From Eledone cirrhosa (Eukaryota): a stretch of 64,000 nucleotides of DNA. Location: positions 208,258,001 to 208,322,000 of the forward strand of contig OZ024741.1 in NCBI GenBank assembly GCA_964016885.1. The letters are read 5' to 3'. Positions 12,052 through 25,718 of the stretch are shown here, piece after piece. Within the stretch, counting starts at the first letter, position 1. Each line of letters begins with the position of its first letter. The position numbers and the translations under genes are program-made. A model generated the notes under the pieces. The model did no database searches. It was not told where the DNA came from and saw only the letters and a program-made list of their open reading frames with translations.

Positions 12052-13880
12052 AGGGTTCTCGGAAATCCTGGTCTCGCTGACGACAGTCGCATCCATATCT
12101 AGTACCCTGAGGTCGTTCAGCAGGTGACCCTGCTTCCAGGACCACCCCAGTCTACAAACATTCAACCATTCTACTCTTAGGATGGCCATGTTGGCAGTCT
12201 AAAAGAGAGAAGGGAAAGGTTTACTTACCTCCCAGGGACTTCCTATGGGAACTCATTTAAAAGACTTGATGCTGGTTTCATATCTGGGGTTCCCACGTCC
12301 CGAGGAAAGCTCTTCCTAATCTCTTTTTATGCTCCGAGCGACATACGTACCATCGTTTGGCCCTCAGGTACGCAAAATGTGCTGGTTCTGAATATTTCCC
12401 CTCCTTTTCTATGTATTGCCTTCGTACTATCAATAGAACATCAAATCCCTGTTGGCTATGCTTATTAACACGGAGTTGTGTTTTGTTGTTTTTGTTGTGG
12501 TTGTTTGCTTTTGGGGGGATTGTGGTGGTGGTGGTGGTGGTGGTGGGGAAGTGGTTGTGTTTGTTGTGTCTGCATTTTCTGTTGTGGGTGTGTTTGTGAT
12601 GTGTAGAGTTTTTTGTGTGCCATCATTTTGATTTTGCTTTAGGTTGGCCTCGTCTTCGCTACTGGAAGACGAAGTGACTGTATCTGTAAGATTGTGTCTG
12701 TGTGTTTGTATTTGTGTCAAAGTGTGTGTTTTGGAGAGTAGGGGAGGGGAAATCTCTCCTCATTTTCCCCGCGTGTGGTCCAAGTTGGTGGTGGCGTTTC
12801 TGCTATTGTTGCTGCTGCTGGTGGTGTTGTCGGTGCTGGTGTTGGTTGTAGTCCCCGTCCCGGCGTCTGCAGCAGTAGAGGATTTCGACCTTTTGTATTT
12901 TTTAGCTGAGGGCAGAAGGCTCGCAAATGAGTTGTTTCTCCACAGTCATTATGTACAGTACCGTTCCTCTTTTGAAGACGGAAGTGGTCCGGGATTTCTT
13001 TTAGGTCTTCTGGCCTGTTTTGGAGATGTTTATCCAAATCGACACCAGACCAGTCCTCTCTGGCTGTTTTTCTTGCATCTATCGAGGCAGCATCTGTCCC
13101 CTCCACAACCACCCATCCCAGGAGCCACTACAAATCTAGTTTTGGTGGAATCCTGGGCATGCGGACTCTAATAGTTCTTTTTCCCACGTGGGAGGGGTAC
13201 ATGATGACCTTGCTGGTTTTGCAAGGGGGTTACAAGTGTTTCACAGCGAAAGCCTCTGACTTAAACAACACCGAGATGGTGCCGTATTGTCTTTCCCTCG
13301 CTGTGTACTCTGTGTAATCTCTGATGAACATCAACGCAGCTTCGACTTCTGCTTGAGGAGTGACCTCCGCTTTTTTTAGTCTGCACTGAAGACCACCTTC
13401 CTCCTCTCTACCGCTTATGTGACCTCTGCCGGGACGGTTAATTTGGCCCAGGTTTGTTCTTGTCTGGGCTAAAGTCCTTACTAAAGCATGGCCTTCTTTT
13501 TAGCTGCTACGGCAGCGAAAGAGTTCTTCTTGTTGTGTGTATTGCTGTTGCCGGTGATGTTGCATGTCACGTTGTTGTTGGTGGTGGTGTTTGTGGTGGT
13601 GTTGTTGTCGTTGCTGCTTTCACTCTTCTTCAAGTTGCTCTTGTTTGTGATGTTGGTATTGCTGTTGGCGCACTTGTTGTTTTCTTTGTTAAGTTGGTTT
13701 TGGTGTTATTGTTTTTAATTTCGTTGTTACTCTTAGAGCTGTTGCTGCCGTTGCTCGCTTCACCTGTTTCGTTGTTGTTGTTGGTGCTGTCGCTGTTCCT
13801 GTTGTTGGTGTTCGTGTTGCTAATATCGTTAATAATAATAATTTTAATATATTTTCTTAATTACTCCAAATATATTTAGA
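12052..13880 (-). mobile_element. Tx1-like LINE 5' fragment (ORF1 + first ~45 codons of ORF2), inverted relative to the previous fragment
   Basis: ORF 12717..13112 'REDWSGVD...CGETTHLRAFC'; ORF2 start 'MAILRV...WKQGHLLNDLR...VSETRIS' at 12189. Confidence 0.85.
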
Positions 13881-14046
13881 CACTGTGGATTTTAAAAGCA
13901 CGTATATGCTGATATCGTAATTTAAAAGAATTTTCAATCAAATTAATATAATCCTTAAATATTGTATGGTTAGCTGCGAATACTTTTGCTCAATAAAAGG
14001 TGGTCTCTATTGTCGAATTATTTAAGGGTCATTTTTCGGTTTCAAA

Positions 14047-14376
14047 AGAAGAAGAAGAAGAAGAAGAAGAAGAAGAAGAAGAAGAAGAAGAAAGGCGGTG
14101 TTAGCGGTGGGCATGGTGTAGTGAGTTAAGTGTTGGTGGTGGCGGCGATAATGACAGTGATGATAATGATGGTGATATAGTTGATGTTGGTGAGAGAGAA
14201 AGTTGTGATGGCAGAAATGGTGACGATGGCGGTGATGATTATCATCTTTATCATCATCATCCTTATCATAAGAGTGGTGGCGGTGTTAGTTTTGATTAAA
14301 CAGATCTAAAGCAAAACCTGGAAGTAATTATTAGCTTTGATCCTCGGCGATATACTAATAAATATCCCCCCCCCCA

Positions 14377-14451
<75 letters not shown>

Positions 14452-14460
14452 TCTCTCTCT
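14047..14460. repeat. Microsatellite cluster: (GAA)n, GAT-rich, (CT)n
   Basis: Directly visible. Confidence 0.9.
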
Positions 14461-15127
14461 CGTTAACCCTCCTGCCACTACTGATATTTCTCCGTATTTA
14501 TTGTCATTAACATCAATGTCTTTATCTTTCTAAGTCTTCTGTTCTGTCTCTCTTTTATGTTTCTGTCCGTCCGACAATGACGTAAGTCCGGTCCACGTGC
14601 AACCAGAGCTATTATTGTTGTTGTCGTTGTTACAGTTCTTGTTGCAACTGTTGTTGCTGTTGTTGTTATCCTTACTATTATTATTATGTGGCATAAAATA
14701 ATAAAATGTTTCTAAAAAAGATACAGCAGCAGCAGCAACAACAACAATAATAACAACAACAAATCAACATCAACAGGAAGACGGGAACAACATCAGCAAT
14801 ATTCAGGGAAGAATAAAACATTATAATAATCATCCCCATCATCATAACCATCTAAAGCAGCTACGTCACTACTATTACTACTATCATCAAAAACACCATC
14901 GTCTTCGCAGTCGTCATCGTCGTCATTGTCGTCGCTTTTGTGTCATTATCGCTAGAACAAAAGTATGGTAAACAGGTAAAAACAACGAGAGAATAGGAAG
15001 AGGAGAGATGTAACGCTGTGCTCCAGCTTGGCTGTAGGCATGATGGCAAAAAATAAATTAAAAACTGAAAAACTAAAGAACATGTTTACCCCAGGTAAAC
15101 AAATATATGAGAAGAGTATGACAATAT

Positions 15128-15310
15128 AATTGACAGAAAGTAATTGTTTTTGGCACACGGCAGAAACTTGAAGGGGCGGGGGGGGGGGGGTAAAGTTGAT
15201 TGAATCGAACCCAGTGCGTTACTGATTCCTTTTTTATTGGCCCCGTTAGGATGAAATTCAAACCAGGATTTGAACTCACAATGTAAAGGGCCGTTTGTGA
15301 AAACACTCAT
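15128..15310 (-). mobile_element. Diverged tRNA-derived SINE (Nin/Deu-domain-like family)
   Basis: Reverse complement resembles the GAGTTCAAATCC...TTTCATCCT..GGGG core of the copies at 47111. Confidence 0.65.
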
Positions 15311-15458
15311 TAATTTTGATCCTTGACAATATTCTAATGTATCCCTCATGTTTGTTTGTTTCTATGTTTGTTTGTTTCTATGTATGTATGCATGAATGTA
15401 TATACATATGTGTGTATGTACATATGTATGTATGTACATACATATGTACATACTTATG

Positions 15459-16058
15459 TCAGGTCACCACTTGGTGCTACTGGTAACATGTGTCCCAGTA
15501 CAACCTGTCTCATGGTCGGGTCGTTGGCGCCTAAACTGGCAACCCCACCAAGGTTTCTTGGTGGGGAGGGTGACTTTGGACATCCTGCAGGACTAAAAAC
15601 AAAACCTGTCAAAGGGCAGAGGAGCTCTTAAGTGTCAATGGCCATCCAAAATCACCGGGAGAGATGACCCCTTAGCCTTTGTCAAGGCAGAATTCTAGGA
15701 GAAGGAAAACTCTGATATAACACCTGCAACCCTGATGGTATCCAATGATGTTGACTTATTCTTCTTTTTGGTAAATATCTTGGTTAAGAGAGTGGGACTG
15801 GCTTTGTGCAGTGCCTTTGCTCACTATAAAAGCTTCACGGCACAGACATTGCTTTGTATCTGGAGATCTCTCTGCACTTGTCGTCACATGGTACCATGTA
15901 CACTATGTGTCAATAATTGTCACAAGTGGAGTGTTTGTGCCAGAGTTTTCAAGTCGCTGGCTGGACTAAAAAGTCACACTCGTTCAGTGCATCGGTAGGA
16001 GTTCTCCTACATGGATATAAAGTAGTGGCCGTACTCAAAAACGAGTTGGCAGCCACCA
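15459..16058 (+). mobile_element. Internally deleted RTE-like LINE (5' UTR fused to C2H2 finger and 3' end), set in (TATG)n
   Basis: RTE-type leader 'CTAGGAGAAGGAAAACTCTGA'; 'C..VCARVFKSLAGLKSHTRSVH'; 3' hairpin GTGGC..ACTC/GAGT..GCCAC then (TATG)n. Confidence 0.7.
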
Positions 16059-16809
16059 TGTATGTATGTATGTGTGTATGTATGTATGTATGTGTGTGTT
16101 TATGTATGTGTGTGTGTGTATGTGTGTATGTATGTATGTATGTGGGTATGTATGTGTGTGTGTCTGTGTGCATGTATATATGTGTGTATGTATGTATATA
16201 TGTATGCGTGTATGTATGTGTGTATGTATATATGCCAATCAGAAACGATTACGAGAGAAAGGAGACAGAAAATTAAGAGAAATATTTAGATTTAGAATAA
16301 GTTGGACTGAAAAAGGAACAGGGAGAGATAGGGAGAGAGAGGGGGGAGGAGACAGAGAGAGGGAGAGAAAGGATAAACAGAGAGAGCTATCTAGCATTGA
16401 TGCCATAACCCAACACCTACGACCACCACCATCCCTATATACTCCCGCCCCATATGACAGCACCACTGTCCCTAGTAACATGGTGATGTCACAGTATTAG
16501 TCACTAACTCCCCTTACCTTGTCTATGTTGGCTATTAGCGGGACTAGAACAATACCCCAAGTATCACCGCCATATGTACCACCATCTGCACCACATACAC
16601 CATATATCTCACCACAAACACCAAAGACACAACTAGCATTACACCATCCTAACCTTCACAACCACCATCATTACTGCCACCATCATTACTGCCACTATCA
16701 TCACCAACACCACCACCAGCAATACCGTCATATTCACACCATAGTTAATGAATACCACCATTAAGATCACTGTCGCTAACACCACCATTACCACTATCAT
16801 ATATATAAA

Positions 16810-16841
16810 TATGTGTGTATCATCCATATATATATGCGTGT

Positions 16842-16887
<46 letters not shown>

Positions 16888-16942
16888 GTGTGTGTGAGTA
16901 TACATACATATATATATATATATATATATTTATATATGTATG

Positions 16943-17018
<76 letters not shown>
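16810..17018. repeat. (GT)n/(TA)n microsatellites; similar tracts at 17990-18370, 19342-19425, 29580-29720, 30000-30092, 30840-30947, 37246-37343, 54043-54112, 59097-59172, 63530-63672
   Basis: Directly visible; source of the YIYI/CVCV ORFs. Confidence 0.95.
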
Positions 17019-17019
<1 letters not shown>

Positions 17020-17021
<2 letters not shown>

Positions 17022-17162
17022 CAGCATAGTTATTGGCCTTTGCGTTCTGAGTTCAAATCCGCCGAGGTTAACTTTGCCTTTCATCCTTACGAGGTCGATA
17101 AAACAGAGTACCCGTGATGCACTGGGGGTAATCGTTGGCCTTGTGCTAAAAGTAGAAATTAT
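17020..17162 (+). mobile_element. 5'-truncated SINE (Nin/Deu-domain-like family)
   Basis: B box GAGTTCAAATCC + GCCTTTCATCCTTACGAGGTCGATAAAA core. Confidence 0.85.
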
Positions 17163-17354
17163 TATTCAATTAATGAAAGCTGGTTGTTCATATAATCCGC
17201 CGACTTTTTAGTAAACAGATGTAAAGCACTCTACGATTTGTGAGGTATCAACCGGAGTTTTAGTATAATAAATAAGAGAGTCGGTTTTATTCGTACATCT
17301 TTTTATCACATAAAAAGATGTACGAATAACACCATCTCTCTTATCCATAAGATG

Positions 17355-17622
17355 TGGAGGCGCGTGGCCTAGTGGTAAGGGTGCTGGACTTACGATCTTA
17401 ATGTCGTGGGTTCGATTCCTGGGATGCGTGTTGTATTCTTGACCAAAACACTTCATTTTACGTGGCTCTAATATACTCAGCTGAAAATGAGTACAAGCAA
17501 TACCTGGAGGTTTAACCCTTGTCCAGCGGGGAGTCTTGTACTCTCAGTCGTTTCACGCCATGAAACCGGGATAAACACCGGCCAAATGAGCCTTCTGGCT
17601 TTAGATAGACATGAGACTTTTA
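17355..17622 (+). mobile_element. tRNA-derived SINE, second family (3' half also at 41876-42040)
   Basis: A box TGGCCTAGTGG, B box GGTTCGATTCC, non-tRNA body, AGACTTT-type tail. Confidence 0.8.
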
Positions 17623-17626
17623 GATA

Positions 17627-17880
17627 TCTATATATATAAAACTGATGTTGTCTGCGTCCTCATTTTTGCAAAGTCTATACAAATCCACATTTCTACTCCT
17701 TTTGACTTGTATATATTCCATGTATATATTCTTTGCGGTCTAAAGATATAAACTGCCGCTTTTTTTTTTTCAATTTTCTGTCGTTAAAGGATGTTAGGCG
17801 CCGGTTATCCATCTCCGTCGCGCTCTTACAATATCTGTCTGTATGCCTGCTGTCAGCATAACGTCATTCTGACGTATTAT
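17627..17880 (+). mobile_element. Helitron 5' end fragment
   Basis: A|TCTATATATATAAAACTG start identical to the Helitrons at 28329 and 37514; no 3' end seen. Confidence 0.55.
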
Positions 17881-18060
17881 CTTACTCTTTTACCCTTTTA
17901 CCTGTTTCAGTCATCCGGCTGAGGCCATGCTGGGGCACCGCCCTTTCGCTACATTCACACACAGACACGCGCGCACACGCGCGCAATTATATATATACAT
18001 ATATACTTCTATATACATATATATATACACATATATACATATACACACACATATATACAC

Positions 18061-18109
<49 letters not shown>

Positions 18110-18195
18110 CAAACACATACACATATATAGATATACACATATACACATATATAAATATACACATAAAAATATATGCATATATACACACACACACA

Positions 18196-18227
<32 letters not shown>

Positions 18228-18272
18228 CATACATACATACATACACACACACATATATATATATGCATACAT

Positions 18273-18304
<32 letters not shown>

Positions 18305-18307
18305 GTA

Positions 18308-18376
<69 letters not shown>

Positions 18377-18844
18377 GGTATAGAAAGTATTGTAGCAAAA
18401 AGCCAACAGTATTCCATAATATATAAGTGACTATAGCGTCAAAATGGGAAAATAGTTAACGTAAGATGTGGGAAAAATAATTCAAACTCAATTCAAAAAG
18501 AATCAGGATATAGATTTATCCAACAGAATTTAGTGAAATCCAGGGAGAAATAAATAGAGCCTTACCTCATGATAAAATATATATATATACACACAGATAC
18601 ATTGTAGGTCGCTTTAACCCGTCTTTTTTTATTCAACAAATACCAACAAATACCAAGTAAACGGAGCGTTGACAAGAACGGTGGCAAATGAATTTTCGAG
18701 GTCAGCAGTTTCCTCCCGAGCGGGATTCTCTGCTACAGCTTTTCGTAATAATACCGAAAAACGTACTGCTGGTCACTCCTTCCTCCAAAAGCCGTACAAA
18801 GCATCTCTCTCTCTTTATATATATATATATATATATGTTATAAG

Positions 18845-19130
18845 AACAGATTAAAGTTTAAGCAAAGAATCGCTGCTTTCAACATTAACGGGATCTTCTG
18901 AAACTAAAAAATTTAATCTGTGAACGCAGAAGTAAATATTTCGAGAAACGTTGCAACCGAAGGAAAACAGAAAGACGATATTTTGGTTCATGAAGACGTT
19001 CCCTGGTTATGAACAGCAAAAAAGCGAGGATAATACGTCGTTATGTGGACCTAGAAGAACAATTTCATGCAAAGACAAGACCAAGTTTATGGTATAAATG
19101 GAGTCGTTAGACTAATATTCTATTTAAAAT
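18845..19130 (-). mobile_element. Diverged solo pLTR of the PLE1 family, with HHR at 18855-18905
   Basis: Colinear similarity to 35005-35280. Confidence 0.85.
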
Positions 19131-19340
19131 AACAGAATGATTTCCAGCCCCGGAGTAATGATGTAAATAAAATTGAAAACGAAAATAACAGAGGTTATTA
19201 AAATAGTAAATAGTGAACATTTAGGCCAGTACATACGTATGCCCCGACGGACATACACATACATACGCACACACAAATACAACACACCCGCATGTGCAAA
19301 GCAGTTGATTCCTTTAACTTTGGTTTGCCACTTGATTTAA

Positions 19341-19430
<90 letters not shown>

Positions 19431-19483
19431 TTATTTATTTATTAATCTCTCTATCTCTCTATCTTTATTTATTTATTAATCTC

Positions 19484-19530
<47 letters not shown>

Positions 19531-19531
19531 C

Positions 19532-22500
19532 TTTTTCTGTCTGACGCGTGGAACATCGCCGGTAAGCTTTTTTGTTAATTTCTATACAAAAAAACCGAAC
19601 TAATTGTTTGAAAAAACATAACATTTTGTAGATTAACCCCCAAGGTGAATTGTCAGCTGGGTGGTAATCCCATTTTTCGCCCCTGTAGGGGTGAAAATTT
19701 TATTTTGAAAATTGTTTTAACATATCAGATTTTACAAACTAAATAACTTGAGCAACACAAGAACGCTGGAGAACATCAATAGAGAAAAGAGAGAGAAAGA
19801 GGCAGATATTAACGTTATATCTGCTTCTGCTACTATGGACGTCGCCATAGATACGACTGTCAACAAAGAGGAATATATATGACCACTTGAAGATTTTAAA
19901 ATGTCTACCATCGAAGCGGAGAAAAATAACAATAACACACAGGAAAACACAGGAATTAAACCCATTTAACATACATACACATGAAAAAGACATCAACAAC
20001 TCTACAGATACATCTACACATAATGTTTCACCTCGACAAGGAACTGAGATTTCCAACACCGAGGCTAACAACGATAACAACAAAAACAAGAGCAACACCA
20101 CACAAAAAAAGAAAATGTCTTTTGCTGAAACAGTGACCAAAAAACAAGATTTTATAAATCTTGATATCTCCAACGCAAGAGATATGCTCCAGCAAGGGAG
20201 AAAATTTGTAGCTTTCGAAGAAAGAGGTGGGTTTAGAATTAACTCACCCCTTGAAATAAAGGAAGACACAATTCGCAGATCAGTCACCTTTAGGACTGTG
20301 TCAAATTCCACAAGAAAGCCGACATTTGTTAGCCAAGCAGATATTGAAGATACTTTCAAGGAAATTCTAGCAAATGTCAATTTTCTCCAGCGAGGAAAAC
20401 AGTACGGAAGTGTTTCCGTACTGTTTAAAAGCGAGGCCCTCGCCCAAAAACATTCTGTGACACCAATGGTGTCAAAAGCATACACCTTTTTCCCTACATA
20501 CATGGGAAAAAGGATACAAAAAATAAAAATAAAAAACATACCCCAAACATTAACATCTGGTGGATCTTGGCTGGCTTCGTAGAGCCAGAAACTGATATGA
20601 TTCTGTCGATACGAAAATCTATTCGACAAAGGTGGGCGGGTACAGATTTGGAGATTCTGTTGCAAATGAAACCGGAGAGAATCACCTAAATACCCGAAAG
20701 AGTCGTCATCTATAATAACAACAAAATAAACATTTCGGTAGAAGGACGAAAATGTCATTGCTTTCGCTGTGGTAGCACAGCACACCTAAAAGCCTCTTGT
20801 CCACAAACACACAACAACAACATTATTAAAAAAACACTATTACCAACACAAACACCAAAACAACCACCTCCACCACAAGTACAACGACAGACGAAACGAG
20901 CAACCACACCAAAACAAACAGACACTCAACCAACAACGACAGAAAAAACAGAGACAACACCCCTGAAAAACACAGCCCCACTCCATCCCACTCCATCAAA
21001 CACTACCACAAACACACACACCGAAACACCACCACCACACAACATACCCCTACCCCACACACCTGACGATGATCATTTATCGACGGATGAAGCTGCTTCT
21101 CCTTCTTTAAGTGAAGAAGTGGGAGAACCGCGGAAATCTAAAAAACAAAAAAAGAGACATCACAAAACCCCCAAAACTCCAATCACAAACACGAACACAC
21201 AAACACAGACACAAACAACAACACAAACAACACCACAGTCAAACATCCGCCTATCAGCAAAACACCAGCCCAAACACAAGCACCCACCATAAAAAGAAAA
21301 ATCCCGGACAAACAACAAACTAAAACAACACAACAAAAACACAAACAACAAGAGTTTGATGGAGGTCATCTCCCAAAACCACAAGGTGGAGACGGAGGCA
21401 AAACTTTCGTCAAGGCAGAATCGTCTCCACACCTTAAACTTATAAGGGTTTCTAAGGAAACCTATAATGACTTAAAAAATAAATGTTCACAGGACGTGGA
21501 CAACCCCTGCCACAAACCCATCAACCGCATCCTGTTAAAATGTTTCCCCACCCCACCCAACACCCCATCCAGCACCCAAATGGATATTGAACAACCCGAT
21601 CTCCAGGAAACGAAAAGGTAAGTGCAACTTTCGTCCTTTTTCTCCAACTTTTCTTCACCAACATGGCTAGTTTACGAGTTGGAACCATGAATGTGCGTGG
21701 CCTAGGGATGCCCTGGAAACAGGGCCAACTTTTAAACGACCTTAGGTCACACAGTACGGATGTGATAGCCATCACCGAGTCCAGCATCCACAACAGGCAG
21801 CAACTAAGCCCCATCTTCGACGACTTTGAGATCTACGCATCTCTTTGTCAGCCAGGAGGTGGAGGTGGAGTGGCTGTCATGTTTCCGAAGAACCTGGACG
21901 TCGAAGTACAGCAAGTACACTTGGACCCGGAGGGTAGACTGGTAGTCCTAGACGTGAACAGTATTGGAGGTGGAGCCTTCAGACTGGTGGCCGTTTATGC
22001 TCCGACCGGGCAATCGCAATCGCGGCCAGACTTCTTTAAGCGTCTATAGTCTTTTCTAGGAACGTCTCACTCCTTACTTTTAGTGGGGGATTGGAATGGT
22101 ATCCTAGATGCACGATGGGACTATGTGGGAGCATGTCCAAGTAGAGGGGGTTGCAACAGCCTCAAATCTTTAATTGGCCAATTCCAACTGGCCGATAGGT
22201 ATCGATTGGATTTCCCGCTTGCACCACAGTGGACGTGGGCAAACCGCAATGGGACATCTAGATCGTATTTAAATAGGTTCTTCATTAGAGAAAGGGACAA
22301 GGAGATTTTAAGCTGTCCACGAATTCACATGGTTGCCTATTCAGATCACAAGTTAGTCGTCTGCTTAGTCAACCGTGATAGAATACATAGACAGGGACCC
22401 GGATACTGGAAGCTGAACGTGTCGTTGCCGGCACGTAAAGCTTACAGTGAACGGATAAGTGGACTAGTCAAGCAACAATTAACAGAAGCCATCGGCAGCA

Positions 22501-25335
22501 ATAGATGGTGGTACTCTCTCAAGAAAGCAATTAGAATAGAATCGATAGGTTATAGCAGAGAGTTAGCCTTAGAGAAAAACAGAATAGAAAGAGAACTAGT
22601 AGCCAAGGTAGAGGAGGCACTTAGAAGTGGCAACGCGGCTAGAGTGTTAGCGTCGAGAACGGCATTGGACCAATTCTTCGATGCGAAACACGAAGGGTGC
22701 GTGGTCAGAAGCAAAACACGTGCTCTAGGAAACAAAGGAGCGAAAGCTGTCAGCTGGGCCCGAGTGGCGGAGGCAAAAAGTGGCATAAAGTCCACGATTC
22801 GGTCTTTGAAAGACCAAAACGGACGCGTGCTACTTGACCCCAAGCTAATGTGCGCGGCCTTTCAGCGGCATTTGCGCGACTGTTTGAGCAGAACGACGGT
22901 GAGCCGAACGGGGCAATGGACTTTAGTTCATACGTCAACGGCTTGCCGCGTCTCTCGAACACGGACGCCGAGTTCTGCGAAATACCGATCACGGAAACTG
23001 AGATACGGGACGCTCTGGGCCGCTGCGGGAAACGCAAGTTACCCGGTCTAGATGGTCTACCCTACGACCTTTACATAGGCATGCCGGACTTGTTCTATGG
23101 CGTCCTCGAAGCCGTCTACTGCAATTGGCAGCAGAACGGAGAATTCCAAGTTCTGCAGGCAAGGGCGTTGTAACGCTGATCAGGAAAGACGAGAACAAGG
23201 GGGAAGAAATTAACAACTTCAGGCCCATAATTCTGCTCAAAGCAGAGTTAAAGATTTTGGCCAAGGTGCTAGCGACGAGGTTGGCGCTTGTCGTCGAGAA
23301 CCTTGTAGGGAAAGCGCAAACGTGTGCAATCTCGACCAGGTCCATACACGACAACCTCCACCTCATGCGATACATGAGAGGGTGGGTAGTAAACCCGGCT
23401 TCGGTGGGGCTCTGATCAACTTGGATCAGTCTAAGGCATTCGATAGGGTCGACCATCGATACTTGGAAGCGGTTCTCAAGGCGGCCGGTTTCGGTCTCGT
23501 GTTCAGATGATGGATCGAGGCGATGCACACCAGCATCTGCTCGGGGGTCAAGGTGAGCGCCTACCTATCGGAGCCGTTCGCAATTACGCGTTCCATTCGA
23601 CAGCGGTGCCCTCTCTCGTCCATTCTGTATGTATTGACTCTAGAGCCACTACTGCAGAAATTGGAGCTGTTGCAGGGCATCCCTCTAGAACTGGGACTGC
23701 GCGAAGCGGCGTCGGCTTATGCCGACGACGTGACGGTAATGGTGTCGAGCACCTCGGAAATCGGGGTGATCGGCAACTTACTGAAAGAATAGGAAACGCT
23801 GACTGGAGCAAAACTAAACCCGGACAAGTCTGTCGGTTTGCAACTCGGTACGTGGAGAGGCAAACCGATGACGTACGATAGCGTTGTTGGACGCTGGACG
23901 GACGGACCAGTGAAATTGCTCGGGGTCTGTTTCGGTCCAGACCTCTAGATGGAGAAAAACTGGAACGAGGTCACGGCCAAGGTGTTTGCACTCACCCAGG
24001 AGTGGGCAGAGTGCAAACTGTCCTTGAAAGGTCGAGCGGAGGGGGCGAACACTTTTATAGCGTCCGTCATCTACTACCTTGACTGTTGTGCCTTGTCCCC
24101 GTGAACACCTCACCAAGATGAAACGCATGCTCTTCCAGTTTCTGTGGAAGAAGCAGGCTCTGCTGGTTAGGAGATCCGTCTGCTCTCAGCACCCTTCCAA
24201 CGGAGAGCTGGGAATGCCGTGGCTGATGATGCGCAAACATGCGCTGAGGCAGCGGCATCTACAGGTATTCCTCACCGACCTCCAACCGGTGTGGGCACCG
24301 TTTGTGAGACAGGCTTTCCCACAGCTCGTCTCGCTGACGGAGCTGCAGTCCTGGGTCAGGAAAAGACCGAAAACGATGGGCGCCTGGCACATTGAATGCG
24401 CTCAGGCGCTCACAGTCCTCTGGCAAGCGAGCGCAGCAATAATTGGAGACTCCACTTCGACACTCTATAGAGGGATTGTACGTTACAAGGGCGACGACGT
24501 GCTCGGAGAGACTCTGGGCGTCGAAGACGATGAGCTCACCAGTCTGTTTGGTAGGACTTTCCGCCCGGGACATATTGACAACTTCCAGAGGTCCCTGGCC
24601 TGGCAGCGCTACCGAGGAGCTCTACCGGTTCCTGACAAGATCTACAGGCACGGATGCCCCGGCAGGGATCCTTCCAAGAGGACGTGTCCAAGATGCGCGC
24701 AGGACATTGAAACACTGCCCGGGCGTACCGACCTGTGGAACTATGCAGAACAACTGCTGTCGCGTATGGGACAAATCCAGTTGACTGCCGAGTCCATAGT
24801 AAGGATCAAACCGCCAGCCTCTTTCGAAGACGAAAGAGAGGCGATTTTACTCTGTACGGTGGCTATGGTGAAAGAAGTTATATGGTGGACGAGGTTGAGA
24901 GGACTGAGGACAGATGCCTTTCTCTCCGGACAACAATTGATTCCCTTCTTTAAGTATCACTTTAGAAGGAGAATCAGGGTGGAGAATCAGGGTGGAGAAT
25001 CAGGGTGGAGAGGCACTGTACCCCAGTAAATTTACTGAAAGGTGGGTGAATGAAGCGAAAATGGCCCGAGTGATTGGGCCTTCTGTTTATAAGCCTGTAG
25101 GTTGAAGAAGAGAGCAAAAGGAAGAAAGGCGCACTTACACAACACGCTCCTGGTGTTGAGGGCTGTTCTATCGACGGGGTATTAAACAACCCATTTGTGG
25201 CGCCTCCTCCCAATTGGGGATTTCGATTGTTGTAATTGTTTGTTTTTATATTTTTTACACGAGTGTATGTAAAATCCCCGGCATGTCTTTGTATTGTTCC
25301 CTTTTCTTGTGCGCCCTTGTGGCTAATAATGAAAT
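19532..25335 (+). mobile_element. Near full-length L1-Tx1-like LINE, family B (decayed); ORF1 ~19730-21621, ORF2 21663-25100
   Basis: ORF1 'RRSVTFRTVS..RGKQYGSVSVLF' with CHCFRCGSTAHL-type knuckle; ORF2 TMNVRGL, GDWN, SDH, GPGYWKLN, YADDV; flanked by (CTAT)n. Confidence 0.92.
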
Positions 25336-25379
25336 ATATCTATCTATCTTTCTCTCTATTATCTATCTCGGGAACACCT

Positions 25380-25570
25380 ACAAAACGTGTTCCTGGTGTT
25401 GAGGGTTGTTTTATCCACGGGGTGTAAAACAACCCTGCAGTAACGTTCCACATTATTGGTGATTTCAAATGTTATTTTATTATATATAGTTTATTGTTAT
25501 TTATTAATGTTAAAGTTACGTCTTGTAATCTCCCATTTTTGTACGCCCCTGTGACAAATAAAAAAGATAT
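25380..25570 (+). mobile_element. Extra Tx1 family-B 3' UTR fragment
   Basis: Similar to 25138-25335, including the CCC(T/C)TGTG..AATAAA end. Confidence 0.7.
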
Positions 25571-25572
25571 CT

Positions 25573-25677
<105 letters not shown>

Positions 25678-25718
25678 TTATTTATTTATTAATCTCTCTC
25701 TCTCTATCTATTTATCTC

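Noticed and set aside
17357-17430. tRNA gene
   Set aside because: The acceptor stem does not close and the sequence runs into a repeated SINE body
16035-18430. Many ORFs of [16 protein letters not shown] type
   Set aside because: Translations of dinucleotide microsatellites
18690-18745. Hammerhead-like CAGAGAA-UCCCG/CGGGA-GAAA on the minus strand
   Set aside because: Stems I and III could not be formed
19739-20785. 348-aa antisense ORF
   Set aside because: Shadow of Tx1 ORF1 on the opposite strand; no motif and no clear counterpart in the other copies
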